A stretch of 57,429 bases of DNA from Verrucomicrobiota bacterium. Lineage in GTDB: Bacteria > Verrucomicrobiota > Verrucomicrobiia > Opitutales > Opitutaceae. The DNA lies in contig JAPLTR010000271.1 of NCBI GenBank assembly GCA_026398065.1, positions 1-57,429 of the forward strand. The letters are read 5' to 3'. Each line of letters opens with the position of its first letter. The stretch's first letter is position 1. The position numbers and the translations under genes were made by a program. Positions 25,142-35,069 of the stretch are shown here, in pieces. The notes under the pieces were generated by a model. It ran no database searches and was not told the DNA's origin. It was given only the letters and a program-made list of their open reading frames with translations.

Positions 25142-27568
25142 ATGTTTCACGCCCTCAAAACCGCCGTCCGCCAGCTCACCAAGACCCCCGGCTTCACCGC
25201 CATCGCCGTCCTCACGATGGCCGTCGCCATCGGCGCGTGCACCGCCCTCTTCAGCGTTCTCCAAGCCGTCGTCCTCCGCCCGCTGCCGTATCCGAATCCC
25301 GATACGCTCGTCAGCCTCTGGGCCATCAACCCCGAACGCAGCCTTCAGGCCCCCGCTCTGTCCTGGGCGAAGTTTGAGGCCTATCGCACCCGCACCGATG
25401 TCTTCGCCGACATCAGCATGTCCGCCGGCAACGGCTTCACTCTCACCGAGGGCAAGGGCGATCCCGAACAAGTCTTCGGCACCCATGCCTCCGCCAACTT
25501 CCTGCCCATCCTCGGGCTCCAGCCGCTGCGCGGCCGCCAGTTCACCGCCGAGGAGGACAAAGAGGGCGGCCCCTCGGTCGTGATGATCAGCGCGCGCCTC
25601 TGGAAGACCCGCTTCGGCTCCGACCCCGCCATCGTCGGCCGCGTGCTCCAGATTGACGGCGTCGCCCGTGAAGTCGTGGCCGTCCTGCCCGAAAAGATCC
25701 CCGTCCCGTTCAACAACGTCGACATCCTCGTTCCCCGGCCGCTCGAGCTTCCCTACCTCACCCCCCAGCAGCGCGCCAACGCCATCGTTCATCAGGCCAT
25801 CGCCCGTCTCGCCCCCGGCGTCACCCTCGAGCAGGCCAATCTCCGCATCAGGGAGATGGCCGCGCAGTTCAAGGCCGCCAACGCCAACACCCTCGACGCC
25901 GCCAACGCCAACGAGGTCCGCACCATCTCCCAGCAGGTCCTCGGCAACCTCACCCGCACCTTCTGGACACTCGCCGGCGCCGTCGCCGCCGTCCTCCTGA
26001 TCGCCTGCGCCAACATCGCCAATCTCTTCCTTGCCCGCGTCAGCGCCCGGCAGAAGGAAATCGCCGTGCGCCTGTCGCTCGGCGCGCAGCGCGGCGCCGT
26101 GATCCGCCAGTTTCTCGCCGAGAGCACCGTCTTCTCCGTCGTCGCCGGCGGCCTCGGCGTGATGCTCGCCTGGTGGAGCCTCCGCGGCATCCAGCTCCTC
26201 GCCGGCCAGCAGATCCCCCGCGCCGAGGAGATCGGCCTCGACCCCGTCGTCCTCGCGTTTTCCCTCGTGGTCGCCCTCCTCTCCGGACTCCTCATCGGCC
26301 TCTACCCCGCGTTGCAGGCCTCGCGCACCGATGTGCAGACCGTCCTCAAGGACTCCTCCCGCGGGGCCGGCGGCGGCACGGCCGCCAAGGCGTTCCGCCA
26401 CACGCTCGTCGTCCTCCAGGTCGCCGTGTCGCTCGTCCTCCTCATCTCCGCCGGCCTGCTCGTGCGCAGCTTCCACAAGCTGCAGACCGCGGAGCTGGGC
26501 TTCGCCGCCGCCGGTCGCGCCTACGGCATCGTCAACCTCCCGAGCACGCGCTACGCGAAACCCGAGGCCTCCCGCGAATTCTTCCGCCGGCTGCAGGAGC
26601 GCCTCTCCGCCGCCCCGGAGCTCGCCTCCGGCGCCGCCATCAACGGCCTCCCCCTCACCGGCCAGGGCTTCCTCTCGCCCTACGGCGTGCAGGGCCGAGC
26701 GCTCCCGCCCATCCATGAGCGCCCGCTCGCCAATATCCGCACGCTCACCCCCGCGTACTTCGCCACCCTCGACATCAAGCTGCTCTCCGGCCGCTTCTTC
26801 ACCGAGCAGGACCGCTTCGGTGGCGAGAGTGTCGCCATCATCAACGAGACCCTCGCGAAAAAACTGTTCCCCAACGACTCGCCCCTCGACCACGCCTTCG
26901 TCACCGGCCCCAACAGCGACCTCATCACCCGCATCGTCGGCGTCATCCGCGACGTGAAGTCCGCCGGCCTCGCCGTCCCGCCGCCCGACGAGATCTACTA
27001 CCCGCGCGACCAGCGGGGCGGCGCCTTCATGTGTGTCGTCGCGCAGGCCCGGCCCGGCCTCGCCGCCAGCGCCGTCATCCCCGTGCTCCGCCGCCTCCTC
27101 GCCGAGCTCGATCCCACCGTCGCCCTCGCCCTTCCGCAGACGATGGAACAGCTCGTGAGCCAGTCCATCGGCGTGCAGCGCGTCACCATGGCCCTCCTCA
27201 TCTGCTTCGCCGCCATCGCCGCGCTCCTCGCCGCCGTGGGCGTGTATTCGGTGATGGCCTACAGCGTCGCCCAGCGCACCGGCGAGATAGGCGTGCGCAT
27301 GGCCCTCGGCGCAAGCCATGCCGACATCCTCCGTCTCGTCCTCCGCAGCGGCGCCACCCAGGTCGGCCTCGGTCTGGCCCTCGGCCTCGGCGGCGCCCTT
27401 GCCGCGAGCCAGCTCCTCGCCCAGTTCCTCTACGAGGTCAGGCCCTTCGACCCGCTCGTCTTCGCCTCCCTTGCCGCCGCCTTCGCCCTCATCGCCACCC
27501 TCGCCTGCCTCATCCCCGCGAGACGCGCCACCCGCGTCGACCCCATGGTCGCCCTGCGGACGGAGTGA
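25142..27568 (+). CDS. ADOP-type permease, paralogue 5 (intact)
   Basis: 808 aa. MFHALKTAVRQLTKTPGFTAIAVLTMAVAIGACTALFS...RPLPYPNPDTLV... Ends RRATRVDPMVALRTE*. Confidence 0.9.
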   Translation: MFHALKTAVRQLTKTPGFTAIAVLTMAVAIGACTALFSVLQAVVLRPLPYPNPDTLVSLWAINPERSLQAPALSWAKFEAYRTRTDVFADISMSAGNGFTLTEGKGDPEQVFGTHASANFLPILGLQPLRGRQFTAEEDKEGGPSVVMISARLWKTRFGSDPAIVGRVLQIDGVAREVVAVLPEKIPVPFNNVDILVPRPLELPYLTPQQRANAIVHQAIARLAPGVTLEQANLRIREMAAQFKAANANTLDAANANEVRTISQQVLGNLTRTFWTLAGAVAAVLLIACANIANLFLARVSARQKEIAVRLSLGAQRGAVIRQFLAESTVFSVVAGGLGVMLAWWSLRGIQLLAGQQIPRAEEIGLDPVVLAFSLVVALLSGLLIGLYPALQASRTDVQTVLKDSSRGAGGGTAAKAFRHTLVVLQVAVSLVLLISAGLLVRSFHKLQTAELGFAAAGRAYGIVNLPSTRYAKPEASREFFRRLQERLSAAPELASGAAINGLPLTGQGFLSPYGVQGRALPPIHERPLANIRTLTPAYFATLDIKLLSGRFFTEQDRFGGESVAIINETLAKKLFPNDSPLDHAFVTGPNSDLITRIVGVIRDVKSAGLAVPPPDEIYYPRDQRGGAFMCVVAQARPGLAASAVIPVLRRLLAELDPTVALALPQTMEQLVSQSIGVQRVTMALLICFAAIAALLAAVGVYSVMAYSVAQRTGEIGVRMALGASHADILRLVLRSGATQVGLGLALGLGGALAASQLLAQFLYEVRPFDPLVFASLAAAFALIATLACLIPARRATRVDPMVALRTE

Positions 27569-27586
27569 CGATCACCAACCAGCCGT

Positions 27587-27614
27587 CTGCATTCGACCTT
27601 CGTCATTGGTCATT
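27587..27614 (+). repeat. 4 x 7-bp tandem repeat (CTGCATT CGACCTT CGTCATT GGTCATT)
   Basis: Read directly. Same NNNCATT family as 25073, 30145, 35070 and 40634. Confidence 0.85.
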
Positions 27615-27646
27615 TCCCCTCCCGCAACCACCCCGCGGCCCCGCCG

Positions 27647-27680
27647 AATCGAAAATCGAGAATCCCAAATCGAAAATTCC
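27647..27680 (+). repeat. A/T-rich heptad element AATCGAA AATCGAG AATCCCA AATCGAA AATTCC abutting the ATG
   Basis: 33/34 identical to 25094-25127. Directly precedes ATG 27681. Confidence 0.9.
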
Positions 27681-30095
27681 ATGTCTCTCCTCCGCCACGG
27701 CCTCACCTCCCTCCGCCGCGCCCCGCTCCTTGCGCTCACCATCGTCGCGACCCTGGGCGTCGCCCTCGCCGCGACCGTCATCGTCTTTTCGTTTCTCAAC
27801 TCCTTCCTCCTTCGACCCCTCCCCTACGGCGACGGCTCGCGTCTCGTGGTCGTGTATGAGCACTCCCTCGTCGGCGGACGCGACAACTCCACCCGCGTCA
27901 CCTACGGCAATGTCGTGGCCCTCCACGAACGCGCCACCGCCTTCTCGCGCAGCGGCATCTTCCGCAACGAGTCCGCCACCTTCCGCGGCGCCGATTCCAG
28001 CGAGACCGCCTTCGTCCAGCGCGTCACCGCCGAGATCTTTCCGATGATGGGCGCGCGCGCCGCCCTCGGCTCCGTGATCACGCCCGCGAACATCCAGACC
28101 GGCGGCCTCCGCGCCCTCGTGCTGTCCGATTCGCTCTGGCGCCGCCGCTTCGGCGCCGATCCCACCATCGTCGGTCGCACCATCCAGCTCGACCAAACCT
28201 CGTTCCAAGTCGTCGGCGTCATGCCGGCCGACTTCGTCGTGCCCACCGGCGACGACAGCCCCCAGGCCTGGGCCGCCCTCCTCCGCTCCGACTACGATCC
28301 CGCCGAGCGCACCCAGCGCCGCCACCACTTCTGGGGCGAACTCGCCCCCGGACGCAGCCTCGTCTCCGCCGAGGCCGAACTCGCCACCCTCGCCGCCCAG
28401 CTCCGCCGCGAGTTCCCCCGGGAAAACGCCGACCGCGGCCTCCGCGTCGTCTCGCTCCGCGACGACCTGCTCGGCAACTTCGGCCGCCAGTTGTTCCTCC
28501 TGCAGGGCGCCGTGCTGCTCGTGCTGACCGTCGCCTGTTTCAACTGCCTCTGCCTGCTGATCGCCCGCGCGATTCAACGCCGCCGGGAGTTCGCCGTGCG
28601 CCTCGCCCTCGGCGCCTCGGTGCGCCACCTCCTCGCGCAGCTCTTCGCCGAGTCGCTCTGGCTCGCCGTCCCCGCCGCGGCCCTCGCGTGCGGGCTCGCC
28701 GCGCTCGCCCTGCCCTTCGGCGTCTCCCTCCTCCCGCCGCTCGGCCCGCTGCCGGCCCCGCAGGTCGATGCCACCGTGATCGCCGCCGTATCGCTGGCCG
28801 CGGTCGGCCTCGCCGCCATCTTCAGCGCCGTCCCGCTGCTGCAGGCCCGCCGCCTCAATCTCGAGGCCACGCTCCGCGAGGGCGGCCGCACCGCCGGCTC
28901 GCGCGGCTCCGCCCGCGCCGCCCGCTTCCTCGCCGCCGGCCAGATCGCCGTCGCCCTCGCCCTCCTCATCTGCGGCGCGCTCCTGGTCCGCAGCCAGGAC
29001 GCGCTCCAGCGCGTGGATGTCGGCCTGCCCATTGCCGAGTTCGACCAGTTCCGCATCGGTCTCCGCGGCGACGCCTACACGGCCAGTCCCGCCCGCCGCG
29101 TCCAGTTCTTCGAGCGCCTCCGCGAAAACCTCCTCACGATTCCTGGTGTCCGCGACGTCGGGGTGGCGAGCTTCCTCTTCTCCCGCCCACCCGGCGGCTA
29201 CACCGGCTTCGTGCAGGAGGGCGACGGTCTCCAACTCTCCGATACGCCCAAGCGCGCCCTCCCCAACTACGTCCTCCCCTCCACGCTCAACGCCCTCGGC
29301 TTCCGCCTGCTCGATGGCCGCCTCCTCGCCGACACCGACGACGCCAGCCATCCGCCGGTCGCCGTGATCAGCGCCTCTGTCGCCGCCAAATACTGGCCCG
29401 GCCAGTCGCCGCTGGGGAAACGCGTCCGGCTCGACGTCCCCCGCGTCACCGCCTGGGCCGAGGTCGTCGGCGTCGTCTCCGATGTGATCGGCACCGGCGC
29501 CGAGCCGCGCGTGGTCGACACGTTTTATCTCACCATCGCGCAATGGACCCCGCCCGGCCTCGGCATGGGCTTCATCGTCCGCCACAGTGGCACCGCGCCC
29601 GACGAGCGCCAGCTGCAGCGCGCCGTCGCACAGATCGATCCCGCCATGCAGCTCTTCGCCCATCTCTCGCCCTCGGCGATCTATGCCCGCAGTCTCTGGC
29701 AGGTGGGCTTTGTCACGAAACTCGTCGGCGCCTTCGCCCTCATCGCCGTCGCTCTCTCGCTCGCCGGCATCTACGCCGTCAACTCCTTCTTCGTCGCCCG
29801 CCGCATCAACGAATTCGGCATCCGCGCCGCCCTCGGCGCCACGCGCCTTGACCTCCTCCAGCTCGTCCTCCGCGACAGCCTGCGCCTCACCGTCGCCGGC
29901 CTCGCCGCCGGCGCGCTCCTGGCCTTCGCCGCCAGCCGCGGTCTCACCAACCTCCTCTACAACGTCCCCGCCCTCGACCTCCTCGTTTACACGGCCGCCG
30001 CCCTCGCCATGACCCTCGCCTGCGCCGGCGCCACCCTCCTCCCCGCCCGCCGCGCCGCGAAAGCCGACCCCCTCACCGCCCTCCGCGCGGAATGA
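27681..30095 (+). CDS. ADOP-type permease, paralogue 6 (intact)
   Basis: 804 aa from ATG 27681. MSLLRHGLTSLRRAPLLALTIVATLGVALAATVIVFS...RPLPYGDGSRLV... Ends RRAAKADPLTALRAE*. Confidence 0.88.
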   Translation: MSLLRHGLTSLRRAPLLALTIVATLGVALAATVIVFSFLNSFLLRPLPYGDGSRLVVVYEHSLVGGRDNSTRVTYGNVVALHERATAFSRSGIFRNESATFRGADSSETAFVQRVTAEIFPMMGARAALGSVITPANIQTGGLRALVLSDSLWRRRFGADPTIVGRTIQLDQTSFQVVGVMPADFVVPTGDDSPQAWAALLRSDYDPAERTQRRHHFWGELAPGRSLVSAEAELATLAAQLRREFPRENADRGLRVVSLRDDLLGNFGRQLFLLQGAVLLVLTVACFNCLCLLIARAIQRRREFAVRLALGASVRHLLAQLFAESLWLAVPAAALACGLAALALPFGVSLLPPLGPLPAPQVDATVIAAVSLAAVGLAAIFSAVPLLQARRLNLEATLREGGRTAGSRGSARAARFLAAGQIAVALALLICGALLVRSQDALQRVDVGLPIAEFDQFRIGLRGDAYTASPARRVQFFERLRENLLTIPGVRDVGVASFLFSRPPGGYTGFVQEGDGLQLSDTPKRALPNYVLPSTLNALGFRLLDGRLLADTDDASHPPVAVISASVAAKYWPGQSPLGKRVRLDVPRVTAWAEVVGVVSDVIGTGAEPRVVDTFYLTIAQWTPPGLGMGFIVRHSGTAPDERQLQRAVAQIDPAMQLFAHLSPSAIYARSLWQVGFVTKLVGAFALIAVALSLAGIYAVNSFFVARRINEFGIRAALGATRLDLLQLVLRDSLRLTVAGLAAGALLAFAASRGLTNLLYNVPALDLLVYTAAALAMTLACAGATLLPARRAAKADPLTALRAE

Positions 30096-30144
30096 CGAAT
30101 ACCGGATGACGGAGGCCCCCCGCACCGGTCGCCCCCTCGCAATC

Positions 30145-30186
30145 CGTCCTTCGTCACTAGCCATTAGGCATTGGTCATTCGTCATT
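30145..30186 (+). repeat. 6 x 7-bp tandem repeat (CGTCCTT CGTCACT AGCCATT AGGCATT GGTCATT CGTCATT)
   Basis: Read directly. Followed by CCCC, 42 nt before ATG 30229. Confidence 0.9.
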
Positions 30187-30228
30187 CCCCGGTAACCTTT
30201 CCCTTCCCGGCGAGTTTTCGGTTGCGCC

Positions 30229-32641
30229 ATGCTTGCCGATCTCAAGTTCGCCCTCCGCCAGCTCGCGAAATCCCCCGGCTTCACCGCCGTCGCCGTCCTC
30301 TCCCTCGCCCTCGGCATCGGGGCCAACACCGCCGTCTTCAGCCTGATGAAGGCCGTCCTGCTCGAAATGCTGCCAGTCAGGGCCCCGCAGGAACTCGTCA
30401 TCTTCAACTGGCTCGCCGAGGAAAACGTCGGCCCTCAGTCCTCCAGCGGCTGGAGCACCACGGAGCCCGGTTCCAACCAGCGCACCAGCACGTCGTTTTC
30501 CCTCGCCACCTTCGAGGCGTTTCAAAAACAGCCCGGTCCCCTCTCCGCCGTCTTCGCTTTCGCCCCCACCGGTGGATTCAACGTGATCGTCGATGGTACC
30601 GCCGAGATCGCGGGCGGCTGTCAGGTTGCTTCCGGCGGCTATCATCTCGGACTCGGCGTCACGGCCGCCGCCGGCCGCCTTTTCACCCCCGCCGACGACC
30701 TTCCTTCGGCCGAGCCCGTCGCCGTGATTTCGTACCGCTACTGGCAGCGCCGTTTCGGTGGCGACCCGGCCGCCATCGGAAAATCCATCACGGTCAACGG
30801 CGTCCCCACCATCCTGATCGGCGTCACCTCTCCCTCGTTCAACGGCACGATGCAGGTCGGCGAAGTCACCGACATCACGATCCCCCTCGCCCACGAGACC
30901 CGCCTCAGCCGTTCTCCCTACGACAACCGCAAGCCCGGCTATTGGTGGGTCCGCATCATGGGCCGGATGTCCCCCGGCGCCACGCTCGCCCAGGCCCGCG
31001 GCGCCCTGGAGGGCGTCTTTCACGAAACCGCGCGCGGCAACGTCAGCGCGAGCACCTGCCCGGCGCGCCCGCCGTCGACCCCGCCACGATTCCCCTGCCT
31101 CAGCTCCGCGCCGAGCCCGGCGGCCAGGGTCTCTACGAGGCGCGGCGCAACTACGAGCAGTCGCTGCGGCTCCTCCAGGGCGTCGTCGCCCTCGTCCTGC
31201 TCGTCGCCTGCGCCAACGTCGCCAATCTGGCCTCGTGTTCTCCCTCTGGGGGGCGCGGGCCCTCCTTGCCCTGAAGCCGTTTGGCTCCGGCACGCTCGAT
31301 CTCGACACCTCCCTCGACTGGCGCGTGCTGGGCTTCACCTCCGCCATCGCGCTCGCGACCGGCATTGTCTTCGGCCTCGCCCCCGCCCTCCGCGCCACGC
31401 GCCTGAACCTCACCGCCGAGTTCCAGGGCGGCGCGCGCACCCTCGGCGCCGGCTCGCGCTCCGCCCTCGCGAAATCCCTGATGGTCGTCCAGGTCGCCCT
31501 CTCCCTCGTGCTGCTCGTCGGCGCCGGGCTGTTCGTCCGCACGCTGCGCAACCTCCAAAACGTCGATGTCGGTTTCAACCGAGAGCAGTTGCTGCTGTTT
31601 CAGATCAACGCCGCCGCCAACGGCGCCACCGGCCCGCAGTCCCTCGCCCTTTACGAGCGCATGCGCACCCGCTTCACCACCCTGCCGGGCGTCAACCGCG
31701 TCTCGTTCGGCCGCATGCCGACGCTCAGCCAGAACAACTGGACCTCCGGCGTCATGGTGCCCGGCTACGTCCAGACCGAACGCTACGACAGCATCCGCCT
31801 GAACGGCGCCGGCCCCGACTACCTCGCCACCCTCGGAATCCCGCTGCTGCGCGGTCGCGATTTCACCGACCGCGATGTCCACGGCGCGCCCAAGGTCGCG
31901 ATCGTCAACCAGGCCTTCGCCAAAAAATACCTGGGCTCGGAGGAGGAGGTCATCGGCCGCCGCTTCTCCACCGACCGCAAGGCCACGACGCCCGACATCG
32001 AGATCGTCGGCCTGATGCGTGACGCGCAGTATTCCCATGTGAAGACGCCCCCGCCGGCCGTCGCGTTCTTTCCCTACGCCCAGCTCAATCCGGACAACGC
32101 CGGCATGGGTCATTTCATCCTGCGCTATCAGGGTGGCGAGGCCGCGCTCATCACCGCCCTCCGCGCCGCCGCGCGCGAGATCGACGCCACGCTCCCCATC
32201 ACCAACATCCGCACCCAGCAGGAACAGCTCGACCGGCTCTTCACCCAAGAGCGGCTTTTCGCGACCCTGTGCAGCCTCTTCGGCGGCCTGGCCCTCGTCC
32301 TCTCCGCCATCGGTCTGTACGGCCTCATGTCCTACGCCGTCCACCGCCGCACCGGTGAAATCGGCCTGCGCATGGCGCTCGGCGCGCTCCCACAAAACGT
32401 GCTCTCCATGGTCGTCCGCGAATCCCTCGTCCTCGTGCTCGTCGGCGTGGCGGTCGGCGTCGCCGCCTCGCTGGGTGCAACGCGCACCATCGCCAGCCTC
32501 CTCTTCGGCCTCTCCGGCACCGACCCGCTCACCTACGGTCTCGTCGCCCTCGGCCTGATCGCCGTCGCGCTCTTCGCCGCCCTGCTCCCGGCCCGCCGCG
32601 CCAGCCGCATCGATCCGATGCAGGCGCTGCGCACCGAGTAG
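30229..32641 (+). pseudogene. ADOP-type permease, paralogue 7: one frameshift plus an internal deletion
   Basis: ATG 30229 gives MLADLKFALRQLAKSPGFTAVAVLSLALGIGANTAVFS. The family sequence shifts frame at ~31040-31052 (..GVFHETARGN / ..EHLPGAPAVDPATIPLPQLRAEPGGQGLYEARRNYEQSLRLL..ACANVANL). It shifts again at ~31229-31240, resuming at VFSLWGARALLALKPFG. About 45 conserved residues (LLARA..REIAVRLALGA..TESLLLA..) are absent. The canonical end RRASRIDPMQALRTE* is present. Confidence 0.7.
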
Positions 32642-32721
32642 CCATCGGTCCCTCGCCGCGGACCTCGCGTCCTTTTACCTTCGATTTCTCCGCCGTTCTC
32701 CGCACGTTGGCCGGCAGCCCC

Positions 32722-35019
32722 ATGCCCGCCTTCGCCCTGACCATCTTTACCGGTGCGTTCCTGCTTTTCCAAATCCAGCCCCTCGTCGGCAAATACATCC
32801 TGCCGTGGTTTGGCGGCGGGCCGGGCGTGTGGACGACCTGCATGTTGTTTTTCCAGCTGGTGCTGCTCGGGGGCTATGCCTACGCCCACACCGTCAGCCG
32901 CCACCTGAAACCGCGCTCGCAGGCGGTCCTTCACACCGTCCTGCTCCTCGCCGCGCTCGCTTCGCTCCCGATCACGCCGGGGGACGCTTGGAAGCCCGCC
33001 GCCGGCAGCGACCCGGCATGGCGCATCCTGGCCCTGCTCACTGTCAGCCTCGGGCTCCCGTACTTCGTGCTCTCCGCCACCGGTCCGCTCATGCAGGAGT
33101 GGTTTCGCCGCACGGTGCCCGGAGCCTCGCCCTACCGGCTCTACGCCCTCTCCAACGTCGGCTCGCTTCTCGCCCTGATCAGCTACCCGTTCTACTTCGA
33201 GACGAATTTCACCCGCCTCGCCCAGGCGCGCTTCTGGTCGTGGGGCCTCGTCTTCTATGCCACATGCTGCGGCTGGTGCGCCTGGCGCCTCTGGCGGACC
33301 CCGCCCGTGGCGGAACCCGCCGCGGCTCCCGGCACCACCGGGGACATCGCCCGCCCGACGGCCTCTCAACGCGCGCTCTGGGTGTGCCTGCCCGCGGTCG
33401 CCTCAGTACTCCTCCTCGCCGTCACCAACAAGATGTGCCAGGACGTGGCCGTCATCCCGTTCCTCTGGGTCCTGCCGCTCGCGCTCTACCTCCTCTCGTT
33501 CATCATCAGCTTCGACAGCCCGCGCTGGTATTCGCGGTTTTACTACACGGTGATGCTGGCCGTGGCGCTCGTGGCGGTGTGTCTCGCCCTGTTTGCCGGC
33601 GCCGACATGCCGATTGTCCAGCAGGTCGTGATCTACTCGGCCACGATGGCCGTCGGCTGCATGATCTGCCACGGCGAGTTGTACCGCCTCCGGCCGGATC
33701 CCGCCCACCTGACGTCGTTCTACCTCCTGATTTCCGCGGGCGGCGCGCTTGGCGGCCTGTTCGTGGCGCTCGTCGCCCCCGCCGTCTTCAATAATTTCTA
33801 CGAGATCCACCTCGCCCTCGCCCTGGTGGTGGTGCTGCTGCTCGCCGTCTGCTTCACGGACCGCGCAGCGCTGACTCCCCTCCGCTGGCGCGTGCTCGCC
33901 GGCCTCCTCGGCCTCGCCTCGGTCTACGGCCTCGACCGCGCGCTCACTTTCGGTGCGACCTGGGCCCGGTACCGCAGCGACCCCGGTTTCTCCAGGGTCG
34001 CGGATTTTTGGTCCGCGTCCCAAGTCGCCGGCCTGCACTGGCCGCTCTGGGTGCTCGCCGGACTCCTGTTCGGACTGGGCTTCGTCCTTCTCCGTCGACG
34101 CCCCGCCGCCCTTGACGGCCATCGCGCCACCTGCGCCTTGCTCGGCGCGGGACTGTGCGCCCTCGTGGTCGTCCTCGGCGTGCAGATCAAGAACTCCTCC
34201 GCCGGCGCACTCGTGAGCACGCGCAATTTCTACGGCGTCCTCTCCGTTTACGAGTACGACAAGGACCGGCCCGACTCCCACTACTACCTGCTCCAGCACG
34301 GTCGGATCACGCATGGCATCCAGTTCGCCGCGCCCGATCGCGAACGGATGATCACCTCGTACTTCGGGTCGCGCACCGGCCTGGGCCTCGCCTTGCGCCA
34401 GTTCCCGCGGCAGCAAAACCAGCGGATCGGCCTCCTCGGCCTCGGTGTCGGCACGATCACCGCCTACGGCAAACCGGGCGACTACATCCGCGTCTACGAG
34501 ATCGACCCGGAGGTGAAACGCGTCGCCGAGAAACCCTTCACCTACCTCGCCCGGAGCTCCGCTCAGATCGAACTCGTCATGGGCGACGGCCGTCTCTCCC
34601 TCGAAAACGAGCCGCCGCAGAATTTCGATTTCCTCATCATGGACGCCTTCAGCAGCGATGCCGTGCCCGTTCACCTGCTCACCAAAGAGGCTTTCGAAAT
34701 CTACACCCGCCACCTCAAGCCGGACGGCGTCATCCTCGTCAACATCTCCAACCGCTACCTCAACCTGCGTCCCGTCGTCGAAAACGCCGCGCGGGAATTT
34801 CACTTCGAGTCCCACCACATCGAGTGCGAGGACGGCAGCGACGACGAGGACGAGGGCGCCTGGTGGCTCTACGGCTCGACGTGGATGGTGCTCAGCAAAA
34901 ACCGGGAGTTCATGCTGAACCCCGCCCTCCGCACGGCCGCGAGCCCCGGCTCGCCGGGTCCCAACGGCATCCCCCTCTGGACCGATGACTACACCAGCAT
35001 GTTTCGCGTGCTCCAATAA
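32722..35019 (+). CDS. Polytopic membrane protein fused to a spermidine synthase-like (class I SAM-fold aminopropyl/methyltransferase) domain
   Basis: ~765 aa from ATG 32722 (an alternative TTG lies at 32707). Many TM helices in the N-terminal ~480 aa. The C-terminal part reads ...IGLLGLGVGTITAYGKPGDYIRVYEIDPEV...MGDGRLSL...FDFLIMDAFSSDAVPVHLLTKEAF...LKPDGVILVNIS, typical of spermidine-synthase-like proteins. Confidence 0.65.
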   Translation: MPAFALTIFTGAFLLFQIQPLVGKYILPWFGGGPGVWTTCMLFFQLVLLGGYAYAHTVSRHLKPRSQAVLHTVLLLAALASLPITPGDAWKPAAGSDPAWRILALLTVSLGLPYFVLSATGPLMQEWFRRTVPGASPYRLYALSNVGSLLALISYPFYFETNFTRLAQARFWSWGLVFYATCCGWCAWRLWRTPPVAEPAAAPGTTGDIARPTASQRALWVCLPAVASVLLLAVTNKMCQDVAVIPFLWVLPLALYLLSFIISFDSPRWYSRFYYTVMLAVALVAVCLALFAGADMPIVQQVVIYSATMAVGCMICHGELYRLRPDPAHLTSFYLLISAGGALGGLFVALVAPAVFNNFYEIHLALALVVVLLLAVCFTDRAALTPLRWRVLAGLLGLASVYGLDRALTFGATWARYRSDPGFSRVADFWSASQVAGLHWPLWVLAGLLFGLGFVLLRRRPAALDGHRATCALLGAGLCALVVVLGVQIKNSSAGALVSTRNFYGVLSVYEYDKDRPDSHYYLLQHGRITHGIQFAAPDRERMITSYFGSRTGLGLALRQFPRQQNQRIGLLGLGVGTITAYGKPGDYIRVYEIDPEVKRVAEKPFTYLARSSAQIELVMGDGRLSLENEPPQNFDFLIMDAFSSDAVPVHLLTKEAFEIYTRHLKPDGVILVNISNRYLNLRPVVENAAREFHFESHHIECEDGSDDEDEGAWWLYGSTWMVLSKNREFMLNPALRTAASPGSPGPNGIPLWTDDYTSMFRVLQ

Positions 35020-35069
35020 CGCCACGACCTCCTCCGTAGGCCGCCCGCTCGCGGGCGCTTTCATCCCCT

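Noticed and set aside
25073-30186. The short repeats upstream of the permeases, considered as a CRISPR array or as a MITE.
   Set aside because: The units are only 7 bp, contiguous and without spacers. There are no terminal inverted repeats or target duplications, and no cas genes.
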